A DNA stretch of 64,000 bases from Escherichia phage AV123. This document shows, piece by piece, positions 27,325-36,683 of the stretch (its first letter is position 1; each line of letters opens with the position of its first letter). Made by a program: the position numbers and the translations under genes. The notes under the pieces are model-generated. The model did no database searches and was not told the DNA's origin. It saw only the letters and a list, made by a program, of their open reading frames with translations. Location: the sequence record OR352953.1; one strand, written 5' to 3'.

Positions 27325-27987
27325 TTATTTAATATTCAATTTTGCACAAAGACGTTGTACCGCTTTGGCATCGAACAAACTCCCACGAATAGTTCTCTTT
27401 CCTGATTCATTCAGATGCTTTGCAATCGTCATATATGGCGTTTTACAAGCTCTGTATGCAACTAAAGAATCTTTTAAAGAAAGCGCAAACTCTCTTGAGC
27501 GTTTTGCTTCTTCCGTTTTCGTATAATCTGTTCTTTTGTATTTAGGGTTTGCTGCACCAAGAAGCGTTCCCTTCGCTTTTGCTACCTTAAGGCTCTTCTT
27601 AACACGATCAGATATTGCACGAGCCTCTTCTTCTGCCAGAACTGCTAAAATATTTATTATCATATTTTCAGCGGAGGGCATAGTTGCTATTCGTACATTA
27701 ATCATCTCTAATAAGGTTGCAACAGAGGCTGTGTTACGTCCAAGACGGTCAACCTTAGCAACAACAAGTGTAGCACCTGTTTCTTTGCAAAGATTAACAG
27801 CTTTTACAAGCTCTCTACGTTGCTTCCAATCGCCTTTACCCGAATAAAACTCTGCAAAGCTACCTACAATAGTATAATTTTCTTGTGAATCCAGGAAGCG
27901 TTGAATATCTGCTTCCTGTGATTCTATACCATACTGGTTGCCTTGTTGTTTCTTCTTAGAAAGTCGATGATATAGTACAAACTTCAT
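27325..27987 (-). CDS. small serine recombinase (resolvase/invertase family, 220 aa)
   Basis: N-terminal YHRLSK with catalytic Ser, VAKVDRLGRN motif, C-terminal HTH-like segment. Confidence 0.75.
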   Translation of the reverse strand: MKFVLYHRLSKKKQQGNQYGIESQEADIQRFLDSQENYTIVGSFAEFYSGKGDWKQRRELVKAVNLCKETGATLVVAKVDRLGRNTASVATLLEMINVRIATMPSAENMIINILAVLAEEEARAISDRVKKSLKVAKAKGTLLGAANPKYKRTDYTKTEEAKRSREFALSLKDSLVAYRACKTPYMTIAKHLNESGKRTIRGSLFDAKAVQRLCAKLNIK

Positions 27988-28044
27988 AATACCCTCCTGT
28001 TCTGTTACAGGAAGTATGCACTACCTTAATGTTAAAGTCAACAG

Positions 28045-28248
28045 TTAAGTAGTGGTAATATCATCCTCTTGAATACTAGGGTCAACTTCTGCAAAGATAG
28101 CCTCTACAGGAATTTCTTCACCTGCTATTCTAGAAAGAAGCACTGAACCAATAGCTTTTGCGTGTTCTTCGGATTCCGCATAAACATTAGTTCCTGTGTC
28201 TTTTTTCTTAGTTTCGTTAAAATATACCAGATAGTAATTGTATGCCAT
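28045..28248 (-). CDS. hypothetical protein (67 aa)
   Basis: track ORF. Confidence 0.45.
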   Translation of the reverse strand: MAYNYYLVYFNETKKKDTGTNVYAESEEHAKAIGSVLLSRIAGEEIPVEAIFAEVDPSIQEDDITTT

Positions 28249-28499
28249 TATTCATCCCAATCGCCGTTACGAGCACTTTCAAGAACCTTGACAACTTCTG
28301 CATACTCTACAGCTAAACCAGCACATACTTCAGCTTGTTTTGCAATTGCTTGTTTAAAGAACATAGCGATTGCAACACTCTGTGTTGTGTGAATGTTATC
28401 TGCTTTAGTTGATACATGAAGATCAAAATCTTCTTCATCAAAGGTGAGTTCCATAGTAACAATAAATTTCTCGGTCATAAAAATGCTCCTCTTAAACAA
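28248..28499 (-). CDS. hypothetical protein (83 aa)
   Basis: track ORF. Confidence 0.45.
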   Translation of the reverse strand: MFKRSIFMTEKFIVTMELTFDEEDFDLHVSTKADNIHTTQSVAIAMFFKQAIAKQAEVCAGLAVEYAEVVKVLESARNGDWDE

Positions 28500-29001
28500 A
28501 ATAGAAAGGTTGAGTTAAACCCAGCCTGTTTTTTGGGTCGTAGACGTACCAAGCATATGCTGTCTTATCAGTACCACCTGCAACAAAAGATGGTCGTTCA
28601 GAAAGAACAATTAAATTTGTTGGTGGATTCTGTTTATGGAATTCCCTTCGTTTAATAGACTCTAGGAACCCAAGACGCAACAAGTATATGCAAACGTCTG
28701 CTTCTTTTAAGCTCTTTTGCAAGAACTCAAGTGCAAGTTTGAATGGGGGATTTGTGATTATAATATCCGGCTTAGTATGCCATTCGTGGTTAAAATAATC
28801 TTTCCCTTCTTCTAACTCACAATATTCTGATCCTTCTGGAAAATGTTGATAAATTGCAGCAGCAGCGCCTTTACACGGTTCTGCAAAAATAAAACCTTCT
28901 TCTTTAAGGTTATTAAAATCTATTACACTAAATAATGCATTTATACATTTTTGTGGAGTAGGATAGTAATCAGTTGGTGGACGATCATACTTATTTGCCA
29001 C
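28492..29001 (-). CDS. phage N6-adenine (or N4-cytosine) DNA methyltransferase (169 aa)
   Basis: DYYPTP N-terminal motif and NPPF catalytic motif IV. Confidence 0.7.
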   Translation of the reverse strand: MANKYDRPPTDYYPTPQKCINALFSVIDFNNLKEEGFIFAEPCKGAAAAIYQHFPEGSEYCELEEGKDYFNHEWHTKPDIIITNPPFKLALEFLQKSLKEADVCIYLLRLGFLESIKRREFHKQNPPTNLIVLSERPSFVAGGTDKTAYAWYVYDPKNRLGLTQPFYFV

Positions 29002-29419
29002 TACTTAAAATCTCCTCTTTTGTGATTTCAGGGTCTTCTTCAAAAACCATAATATCTCTTAAGAACGTTAATTCTTCCATAGATACTGGTATTGTATCTT
29101 CTTCTGTTTTTCGTTTACATAAATCGTCAAGAAAGTTTTTAAAGTTTTCTGACAAATCGTAAAATTTTAACAGTTGATAATCACAGGAGGAGATCCTATC
29201 TAGTTCTAACATTCTTTCTAAGATATTTTCTGTGTTGCCGTACAACACACGAACTTCTCCGAAAGGGTTAACTGAATATTGTGAAGTTCTGAACCATCCC
29301 TTTTTAGATACAGTGTAACGCTGTTCTGCTAAACTTTCAATAAAATTTTTAGCTCTTTTACAGTTTTGTTCTAAAGAGTAGTAGGCTTTTTCTACAAAGG
29401 TTACAGGTACTGGTAACAT
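28991..29419 (-). CDS. hypothetical protein (142 aa)
   Basis: track ORF. Confidence 0.5.
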   Translation of the reverse strand: MLPVPVTFVEKAYYSLEQNCKRAKNFIESLAEQRYTVSKKGWFRTSQYSVNPFGEVRVLYGNTENILERMLELDRISSCDYQLLKFYDLSENFKNFLDDLCKRKTEEDTIPVSMEELTFLRDIMVFEEDPEITKEEILSSGK

Positions 29420-29459
29420 ATCTCCTCCTAATAACCCCCTTGCGGGGGTTTATACTAGA

Positions 29460-30113
29460 TTAATTATCAGAGGACACTTTATCAAGTTTTTCAGAGACTG
29501 TCAATACTTTTTCTTGTGATTCTTTCATTTCTGCTAAAATACTTTCAGCTTCATCACTATCAGGATCACCAGTCAACAGCATACTAATTAGTTGCTCCTT
29601 GCTGAAGTTCAGAATATCTTCCGCTGTTAACTCCAGTTGTTCTTCGATCTCTTCGATAAAAGTTTCACCGCCTGAAAAAGCATCTCGCAGTTTTGCAACT
29701 TCCATCGCTTCTTCTGGGGTTGCCCCAGCGTCTAAAGCTGCTAAAGCAAAATCTGCCCCACTACCAACAGCATAATAATCTTCAGTTAAAGGATATGCTC
29801 GCGTTGGATTGTTACCCTCGTGCATATAAATTTTACCGTCTGGGTGAACAACTAATGCCACAAACTCTTCATCTTCTTTATCAGGATCTGACTGGATCAC
29901 CAAACCTGGGATTGTCTCTTGTGCTGCTTGGCATTGTAAGTTTTGTTCGAACCAAGAAAAGAAAGTCAGGATAGAAGACAGACGTCCTGCACCACCAACA
30001 AGGTAATCCCCAATTTTACGCACTTTCTTGAAATTTAAAGTGTCTACACGACTACCTACTGTTACTTTACCATCAGATAGAATTTTGTTATGTGTTGCAA
30101 TAATTGTTGTCAT
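29460..30113 (-). CDS. HslV-like Ntn-hydrolase peptidase with acidic C-terminal extension (217 aa)
   Basis: MTTIIA N-terminus (Thr nucleophile after Met), NFKKVRKI, VGGAG, AVGSGADFALAA align with E. coli HslV motifs; AGGAGG RBS. Confidence 0.65.
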   Translation of the reverse strand: MTTIIATHNKILSDGKVTVGSRVDTLNFKKVRKIGDYLVGGAGRLSSILTFFSWFEQNLQCQAAQETIPGLVIQSDPDKEDEEFVALVVHPDGKIYMHEGNNPTRAYPLTEDYYAVGSGADFALAALDAGATPEEAMEVAKLRDAFSGGETFIEEIEEQLELTAEDILNFSKEQLISMLLTGDPDSDEAESILAEMKESQEKVLTVSEKLDKVSSDN

Positions 30114-30604
30114 TGTACTTCCTCCTGTAGTGTTTTAAGGACTGCTTTACCACCGCTTACATATTTACGGAGGTAATCAATAGCTCTTAGTGTTTCTTTA
30201 TCCACAAGAATTTTATTAGTTCTTGTCAATGGATGATTCAGTAAGTCACTGCAATTTCTTACTAACATAGATTTCTTGTGAAAGATACTGCTAAGAAAAA
30301 GAAGTTTAGAATCTTCTTCATCAATCAGGAGTAATTCTGAATTAGACCCAGCTACATTTATTATACACTCAAACAAGCCTTCTTGACTATCAGATAATTC
30401 CTGGTAATATTTAGTTAGCCAATCCTCTCCTTTTAACCAACTAAAAAACATCTGAACTTTTTGCAAAGTTGTCATGTTCTCTAAACGAAGAGATATTTCT
30501 TTTTCAATCTTGTCAATATAAATCTGTCTAAACTCATTCGGCTTAACTAAGCCAGCTTGATAGCATTCATCAATACCATTGCGATCAATCTCAATTAGCG
30601 TCAT
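30110..30604 (-). CDS. hypothetical protein (164 aa)
   Basis: track ORF. Confidence 0.55.
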   Translation of the reverse strand: MTLIEIDRNGIDECYQAGLVKPNEFRQIYIDKIEKEISLRLENMTTLQKVQMFFSWLKGEDWLTKYYQELSDSQEGLFECIINVAGSNSELLLIDEEDSKLLFLSSIFHKKSMLVRNCSDLLNHPLTRTNKILVDKETLRAIDYLRKYVSGGKAVLKTLQEEVQ

Positions 30605-30640
30605 TTAACCTCCATAATAGGCATCCTTGCCTTGTAATTA

Positions 30641-31393
30641 TTAATATACTTCCGTGATGAACTGAGACAAACGGGAACGTTGGTTATCAGCAGTTGTCAT
30701 TTCAACATAACCAATAAAATCTACAATAGCTTCCCTTTCTCCTTCTTCGTTAATAGGAACAACACGATCTAACAAATCACCTAACCCGTTAGCTCTTCGT
30801 TTAATTGCATATGTTTGATTAACATCGCCCATAATGACAATACGTGTATTAAGACCTGCTCGCTCAAGGAGAAGTTTTACTGTGTTTGGTGACATAAGTT
30901 GAACTTCATCAATAAGAATAATGCTGTTATCCCACGTAGCACCTAGTGCATAGTTCGGAATATTAAGTTCAATTTTGCCACTTGCAATATCGTTTTCCAA
31001 TTTATTTGCAGTCATAAACTGTTGGAAAATTCTTTTAGTTGACTCGTAGTGTGCTGCTAGTTTATCAGTCTTATCTCCAGATAAGAAACCGATTTGGTCA
31101 TCACCTACTTCTGTCGGGTTTTTAAGGAAAATCAACTTTCTGAAGTCACCAGCTTTAAGCATTTGCAATGCTTTCCATAGTGCTGTTGTCGTTTTTCCTG
31201 TTCCTGCTGGGGCATTAACAATGGTTAAATCATTCCAAACCATGCTTCTTACAATAGCTTCTTGATTCCCAACAGGGGTAAATTCATCAAGACGGTAATC
31301 ATCATTTCCTACTGCTTTAGCCGCATAACGACTGGCACGTTTGTCATCATTGGCTGTTGATTGACGACGAGCCTTTGCGGTTTTATTTCCCAT
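30641..31393 (-). CDS. phoH: PhoH-like P-loop ATPase
   Basis: APAGTGKTT Walker A and PhoH-like overall layout. Confidence 0.8.
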   Translation of the reverse strand: MGNKTAKARRQSTANDDKRASRYAAKAVGNDDYRLDEFTPVGNQEAIVRSMVWNDLTIVNAPAGTGKTTTALWKALQMLKAGDFRKLIFLKNPTEVGDDQIGFLSGDKTDKLAAHYESTKRIFQQFMTANKLENDIASGKIELNIPNYALGATWDNSIILIDEVQLMSPNTVKLLLERAGLNTRIVIMGDVNQTYAIKRRANGLGDLLDRVVPINEEGEREAIVDFIGYVEMTTADNQRSRLSQFITEVY

Positions 31394-31410
31394 GTTTGCA
31401 CTCCTTATAA

Positions 31411-31429
31411 AAGGGGCTTTCGCCCCTTT
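31411..31429 (-). terminator. intergenic GC hairpin AAGGGGCTTTCGCCCCTT (terminator-like)
   Basis: identical to hairpin at 20126 and 44498; T-runs on both sides. Confidence 0.5.
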
Positions 31430-31431
31430 GT

Positions 31432-31932
31432 TTAGTTATAAGCGTCTAATGTTCCAGTTTTAAGCACCTGAATTACACGCTCTGCGCGATTAGGCGTTTG
31501 GCGATACCATTTACTTTTACGTAAATTTATAGAGGCTTGAGTATAATATGAATTACTCACTAAAGTCAAGCTATTTTTGAAAGATTCTGCACCTTTCAAT
31601 CCCATTTGAAATACCATATTAATAATAGCCATTTTACGATTAGGACTTACTTTATCGTAAATAGGAGATAATATGGTGCTTGAATGGATTTGTTGTATCG
31701 CTTTCTTTACGTCACTCTCAAAGATTCTTCTAGCTTCCGCTTCAGTAATAACTCCATTGGTTTTTCTACCTACTAAGTTATCAAGAATGCGTATAGCTTC
31801 TGCTTTATCTTTGAGTTTTGTCAGAAGGTGTCCAATACCAACTGTCCAATACCCTTCGGTATCAGGATATACAGTTAGCTTTAGTCCTTCATCAAAACGT
31901 AACATATCAAACACATCAACTACTTTAGCCAT
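31432..31932 (-). CDS. e: T4-type lysozyme (endolysin, glycoside hydrolase family 24)
   Basis: MLRFDEGLKLTVYPDTEGYWTVGIGHLL, INMVFQMG and SKWYRQTPNRA closely match T4 lysozyme. Confidence 0.9.
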   Translation of the reverse strand: MAKVVDVFDMLRFDEGLKLTVYPDTEGYWTVGIGHLLTKLKDKAEAIRILDNLVGRKTNGVITEAEARRIFESDVKKAIQQIHSSTILSPIYDKVSPNRKMAIINMVFQMGLKGAESFKNSLTLVSNSYYTQASINLRKSKWYRQTPNRAERVIQVLKTGTLDAYN

Positions 31933-31944
31933 GTTTTCCTTATA

Positions 31945-32088
31945 TTAGTCGCCCTCCCCATGATCTAGCTCTTGAAACAGTAGGTGTTCAGGAGACATTT
32001 CACGTTTAGGCTTCGTCTTTTTAGTTTGGGACTTAAGCTCTGTTGCCAAAGCACGAGAAAAGATCTTACGTTTCTGTTTACCTTTCAT
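31945..32088 (-). CDS. hypothetical small basic protein (47 aa)
   Basis: ATG with GGAG RBS on minus strand; not in track (<60 aa). Confidence 0.4.
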   Translation of the reverse strand: MKGKQKRKIFSRALATELKSQTKKTKPKREMSPEHLLFQELDHGEGD

Positions 32089-32092
32089 ATTG

Positions 32093-32359
32093 TTACTCCG
32101 CAATCTGAGCCATGAATTCACGTAGTTCAGAAAAACCTCCTACGTGGGTTAGCTGTTCACCATCTTCCACAAAAATCTGAGGAAATGTGCGTGGTAGAAC
32201 ACCTGTTTTCTCTACAACCAGATTCTGAATCTGATCTAAAGAATAGTCTTCATCTAAGGTAAGATATTTAAAATCCTGTTCACGCTGTTCTAGTAGAATC
32301 TTAGCGTTAGTGCAGAAAGGACAATTTGGTTTACCGTAGATAATAAAATTCATTTTCAC
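32093..32359 (-). CDS. glutaredoxin-like protein (NrdC/NrdH-type redoxin)
   Basis: CPFC active-site motif near N-terminus; 88 aa; adjacent to nucleotide-metabolism genes. Confidence 0.7.
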   Translation of the reverse strand: MKMNFIIYGKPNCPFCTNAKILLEQREQDFKYLTLDEDYSLDQIQNLVVEKTGVLPRTFPQIFVEDGEQLTHVGGFSELREFMAQIAE

Positions 32360-33186
32360 TCCTTGTTTAAAAGTATAGTTAAAGTTCTTACAATACCGCT
32401 ATCAACACTTCGCGGATTTAAAGTAGGATCTGTTTTTAAATAAGATGTTGCTGGTCTGACTGCTTTGGAATTATAGGTTGAAGCAGATACAGGATTAACT
32501 GTAACAGACAAATCTACAACAAGAAATATCTTTCGTGCAAAATCATACCAAGAAATATAATCTGCACCTGCATAGTGTACAATTTTACTATTTACACCAT
32601 CTTTTACAAGTTTAAAAATTGTTTCTGCAAGATCAGGTGCATAAGTAGGACATGATAAATGATCACATACTACATTAAATTCTTTTTGACCACCGTTGTA
32701 GCGTTCCAACATAGTTTTCAAAAAGTTATGTCCAAATTCACTATAAACAGAAGCTGTTCTGATAATAAGTGCTGTAGGACAAACTGTTTGTACTAAAGTT
32801 TCACCTAATTGTTTACTGTAACCGTAGGTGTTCAAGGGGTTTGTTTTACTATCTTCTGTGCCAGCAACATGCCCATCAAAAACATAGTCTGTTGAAATAT
32901 GTACAAACTGTATCAGTAAATCATTACATGCTTTGGCAATGTTTGTTGCACCGTATGCATTAACATTTATACAGGTGTTAACATCTTCTTCAGCTTTATC
33001 TACTGCCGTGTAAGCCGCACAATTCACAACAACATCAGGCACATGCTGTACAAGACTATTCATAACATCTTTAAAGTTGGTAATGTCTACATCACTTGCT
33101 TCAATCAAAATAACATCTTCGGGCGCAACTTTTGCCAAAGACTGTCCTAATTGACCTTTTGAACCAAAGATTAAAAATTTTGTCAA
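32356..33186 (-). CDS. rmlD: dTDP-4-dehydrorhamnose reductase
   Basis: N-terminal FGSKGQLG Rossmann motif; operon context with rmlC/A/B. Confidence 0.75.
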   Translation of the reverse strand: MTKFLIFGSKGQLGQSLAKVAPEDVILIEASDVDITNFKDVMNSLVQHVPDVVVNCAAYTAVDKAEEDVNTCINVNAYGATNIAKACNDLLIQFVHISTDYVFDGHVAGTEDSKTNPLNTYGYSKQLGETLVQTVCPTALIIRTASVYSEFGHNFLKTMLERYNGGQKEFNVVCDHLSCPTYAPDLAETIFKLVKDGVNSKIVHYAGADYISWYDFARKIFLVVDLSVTVNPVSASTYNSKAVRPATSYLKTDPTLNPRSVDSGIVRTLTILLNKE

Positions 33187-33737
33187 AATATGATCTCCTT
33201 TAGTGTTTTGGCTTGCTGATCTTTTTGTGACAAGATAGGTTTAAAATTAATATCATTAAAGATTAAATCAAAACCCCAATCAATATTGATATCTGGATCA
33301 TTCCACGCAAGACTACACTCTGAAGTCGGATCGTAATACTCTGTACATTTATATTCAAAATCAGCAATGTCACTAATCACAACAAAGCCATGAGCGAAAC
33401 CAGGAGGAATCCAAAATTGTGTTTTATTCTTTTCAGATAAGAGAACACCTACCCATTCTCCAAATGTTGGACTACCAACCCTAATATCTACAGCAACATC
33501 ATAAACTTCACCACGAACACAACGTACTAACTTCCCTTGTGGGTTTTTCTTTTGAAAATGAAGCCCACGTAGAACTCCTCGAATAGAACGTGAATGGTTG
33601 TCTTGGACAAAGTTTTGTTTACCTATGTATTGATCATATAAAGCCTGATTAAAACTTTCTAAGAAAAAACCACGTTCATCTCCGTAAACGTCAGGTTGAA
33701 TGATCAACAAATCTTCGATTTTTGTTGCTTGAATCAT
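33183..33737 (-). CDS. rmlC: dTDP-4-dehydrorhamnose 3,5-epimerase
   Basis: 184-aa cupin-size protein between rmlD and rmlA; RGLHFQ-like motif. Confidence 0.7.
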   Translation of the reverse strand: MIQATKIEDLLIIQPDVYGDERGFFLESFNQALYDQYIGKQNFVQDNHSRSIRGVLRGLHFQKKNPQGKLVRCVRGEVYDVAVDIRVGSPTFGEWVGVLLSEKNKTQFWIPPGFAHGFVVISDIADFEYKCTEYYDPTSECSLAWNDPDINIDWGFDLIFNDINFKPILSQKDQQAKTLKEIIF

Positions 33738-33749
33738 TTAATTCCCCCT

Positions 33750-34619
33750 TTATTTTAATTTAAGTAAATACTTACCGTAGTCTGTTTTACTTAAAACCTC
33801 TCCAGAACTTTTTACAGAGTCTAAAGTAATCCATTCATTTTTAAAAGCAATCTCTTCCAGGCATGCAACCTTCATACCTTGTTGCTTTTCTATTGCATGA
33901 ACAAATTGAGATGCTTCCATAAGACTTTCATGTGTTCCTGTATCCAGCCAAGTGAAACCTCTTCCTAGTTTACAGACACGTAAAGCCTTTTCTTTCCAGT
34001 ACATATCATTTATATCTGTAATCTCTAACTCCCCTCTAGCAGAAGGTTTAACGCTTTTAGCTTTCTGTATAACAGAATTATCGTAAAAGTACAAGCCTGT
34101 GATTGCATAGTTGCTTTTTGGTGCTTTTGGTTTTTCTTCAATACTCACCACTGTACCTTCAGAATCAAACTCAACAACACCAAATCTTTCAGGATCATTT
34201 ACGTGATACCCAAAAATATTAGCTCCACCATTCTTCTCAATATGTTCTTTAGCAGAATCTAAAATGCTACCAAAACTCTGACCAAAGAATAAATTATCAC
34301 CTAGCACAAGTGCTACAGAATCTTCACCAATAAAGTTCTCACCAATAATAAACGCTTCTGCTAAACCTCTTGGGCTATCCTGTATTGCATACTGTAGGGA
34401 AATACCAAAAGAGGAACCATCACCTAGAAGATTTACAAAATTAATTTGATCTTCTGGTGTTGTAATTATTAGTATTTCCCTAATTCCAGAAAGCATTAGG
34501 ACAGAGAGTGGATAATAAATCATAGGCTTATCATAAATTGGTAATAGTTGTTTACTAACCCCTTTAGTAACTGGGTAAAGTCTTGTTCCACTACCACCTG
34601 CTAAGATAATACCTTTCAT
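33750..34619 (-). CDS. rmlA: glucose-1-phosphate thymidylyltransferase
   Basis: [19 protein letters not shown]-terminal signature. Confidence 0.85.
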   Translation of the reverse strand: MKGIILAGGSGTRLYPVTKGVSKQLLPIYDKPMIYYPLSVLMLSGIREILIITTPEDQINFVNLLGDGSSFGISLQYAIQDSPRGLAEAFIIGENFIGEDSVALVLGDNLFFGQSFGSILDSAKEHIEKNGGANIFGYHVNDPERFGVVEFDSEGTVVSIEEKPKAPKSNYAITGLYFYDNSVIQKAKSVKPSARGELEITDINDMYWKEKALRVCKLGRGFTWLDTGTHESLMEASQFVHAIEKQQGMKVACLEEIAFKNEWITLDSVKSSGEVLSKTDYGKYLLKLK

Positions 34620-34627
34620 ACTCCTCC

Positions 34628-35617
34628 TTAAACTTTATTTTCCCACCACTCTTTGTTATCTACATACCAATCAATGGTTGAATAAAGTTTTTCTTCAAAT
34701 GTGCCTTTAGCTTTCCACCCTAATTCCTTTTCAATCTTATAAGGATTCACTTCATATCTTAGATCATGTCCAGGTCTATCTGTAACCATCTCAATTAGGC
34801 TACAAGCATCTGTTTCAGATGGATACACCGCATCCATATAATCACAAATCATATAGATTACATCAATATTAGTTCTAGGGTTTCTGCTCCCAATATTATA
34901 TGTTTCTCCAGATTTGCCTTTAGTTACTACTAGGTGTAATGCTTCTGCGTGATCGTCAACGTATAACCAGTCTCTTACTTGAAGACCATTGCCATAAACA
35001 GGGATTGGTTTATTCATCAAGATATTTGTTATCGTTTTAGGTATTAGTTTTTCTGGATGATGATATGCTCCAAAATTATTTGAACAATTTGTTATAACTG
35101 TCGGAATACCATAAGTACGATGCCACGCTCTTACCAAATGATCGCTTGCTGCCTTAGATGCAGCATATGGACTACTTGGCTTATAAGGATTCTGTTCTGT
35201 AAACGGATAATCCCCTTCTTCCATATCACCATATACTTCATCTGTTGAAATATGATGGAACATTTTAAGATTTGATTTATCTCCCATTAAACGAACAGCT
35301 TCTAGGAGATTAAATGTCCCAACAATATTTGAATTTATAAAAACACTCGGTGATGCTATTGAATTATCTACGTGACTTTCTGCTGCAAGATGCATTATAT
35401 AATCTGGATTAACATCTGCCACAATCTTAGCAGTTAACTGCGCATTTGTCAAGTCAACACGACAAAACTTTACATTGGGTGTTTCTGATAAATTTCTAGG
35501 GTCTGAAGCGTAACCCCATTTATCTATAACGTAAATATCATTTTTAGTATTTTTAGCCAGGAAACGAACTACCGCACTTCCAATAAAGCCTAAACCACCT
35601 GTTACTAAGTATTTCAT
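34628..35617 (-). CDS. rmlB: dTDP-glucose 4,6-dehydratase
   Basis: [20 protein letters not shown]-binding motif; SDR-type layout. Confidence 0.85.
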   Translation of the reverse strand: MKYLVTGGLGFIGSAVVRFLAKNTKNDIYVIDKWGYASDPRNLSETPNVKFCRVDLTNAQLTAKIVADVNPDYIMHLAAESHVDNSIASPSVFINSNIVGTFNLLEAVRLMGDKSNLKMFHHISTDEVYGDMEEGDYPFTEQNPYKPSSPYAASKAASDHLVRAWHRTYGIPTVITNCSNNFGAYHHPEKLIPKTITNILMNKPIPVYGNGLQVRDWLYVDDHAEALHLVVTKGKSGETYNIGSRNPRTNIDVIYMICDYMDAVYPSETDACSLIEMVTDRPGHDLRYEVNPYKIEKELGWKAKGTFEEKLYSTIDWYVDNKEWWENKV

Positions 35618-35811
35618 TTAGTCTCCTTCCAATTATTCCCTTCAGTAAAAATAATACCTTCATAAAACAACCATCTGGAACCTTTTTCAACAGGAACAGG
35701 AAGCTCTTCTTCAGTAAAGTTATAAACCTCTCTAGCATCTTCTAAAAGTGATGCAAATGTTTTTGGACTTACTGTTACGCGAGGAGCATTGATCAGTTGA
35801 TCTAGCATCAT
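35614..35811 (-). CDS. hypothetical protein (65 aa)
   Basis: internal ATG of track ORF with AAGGAGG RBS. Confidence 0.45.
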   Translation of the reverse strand: MMLDQLINAPRVTVSPKTFASLLEDAREVYNFTEEELPVPVEKGSRWLFYEGIIFTEGNNWKETK

Positions 35812-35824
35812 TCTACTATCCTCC

Positions 35825-36151
35825 TTACCAAACGTGTTGAGAAATAATAGTTTCCGTTTCAATGTTATATTTTTCAAGAAGTTGTGCATAGGCTTCTTTT
35901 GCATTCTTATTTAGTTGCTCAAGATCTACAGCTACACTTCCTTCGCCACCTTCTAAATAAATGCCATATATGCAATAAGATTCATCAGCGTCATAGAAAG
36001 GAGAGATACGACTTAAATCAAGACCTTCTTGTAAGAACCAGTTAAAATCTCCATCAAATTCTTCTTCAATTCTAGGATCTTCTCCTACAGCCTCTTCCCA
36101 TTTATTAAAAGGCGCACCCTGTAACATACGCCATTCAATATTAGTTCCCAT
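35825..36151 (-). CDS. hypothetical protein (108 aa)
   Basis: internal ATG of track ORF 35825..36259 with GAGGAGG RBS. Confidence 0.5.
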   Translation of the reverse strand: MGTNIEWRMLQGAPFNKWEEAVGEDPRIEEEFDGDFNWFLQEGLDLSRISPFYDADESYCIYGIYLEGGEGSVAVDLEQLNKNAKEAYAQLLEKYNIETETIISQHVW

Positions 36152-36289
36152 TATCTTCCTCCTCTTCTTTTTCTTCCGTATGAACGAAACATAAACCGTT
36201 ACAATTCCAACAAGGAATAAATTGTTCCATACTAACAATAAAATTCCCAGTGCCACCACAGACAGGACAAATACTTACATCATCCATTA

Positions 36290-36496
36290 TTAAAGCTCCT
36301 CAATCTTTTCTAACATCTGTTTTAACTCGTTCTCTGTTAACAGAATTTCTGTGATACCATCATAAGTTTCTACCATCAGAGTAAAACATTTTTCCCCATC
36401 TGAACACACAAAAGCGCCACCTTCATCTTCTGTTAAGTCAGAATTAATATCTACATCAACAAAATCAATCATCTTTTTCTCCTTTGATAATTTCAA
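36290..36496 (-). CDS. hypothetical protein (68 aa)
   Basis: track ORF. Confidence 0.45.
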   Translation of the reverse strand: MKLSKEKKMIDFVDVDINSDLTEDEGGAFVCSDGEKCFTLMVETYDGITEILLTENELKQMLEKIEEL

Positions 36497-36683
36497 ACTT
36501 GGCTACACCATTAACTATGATATGACCGCAAGACATAACTCCTAGCCAATGATCACCATTCTTTTTTAAACGTTTGCCGTAAACATCACAGAAACCATTC
36601 TGTAATTCGGAAGCCTCGTAAGAGGCTCCCTTTTCGAAAACGTCTTTGAAGTCAGAAATTAATCCAACACAAAGTAGTTTCAT
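36465..36683 (-). CDS. hypothetical protein (72 aa)
   Basis: track ORF. Confidence 0.45.
   Translation of the reverse strand: MKLLCVGLISDFKDVFEKGASYEASELQNGFCDVYGKRLKKNGDHWLGVMSCGHIIVNGVAKFEIIKGEKDD

Noticed and set aside
27325-27987. Prophage integration module (integrase plus att site) implying a temperate element
   Set aside because: The recombinase is a small resolvase/invertase-type serine recombinase, no large serine or tyrosine integrase, repressor or att-like repeats are present, and the surrounding genes are typical of a lytic T4-like phage.
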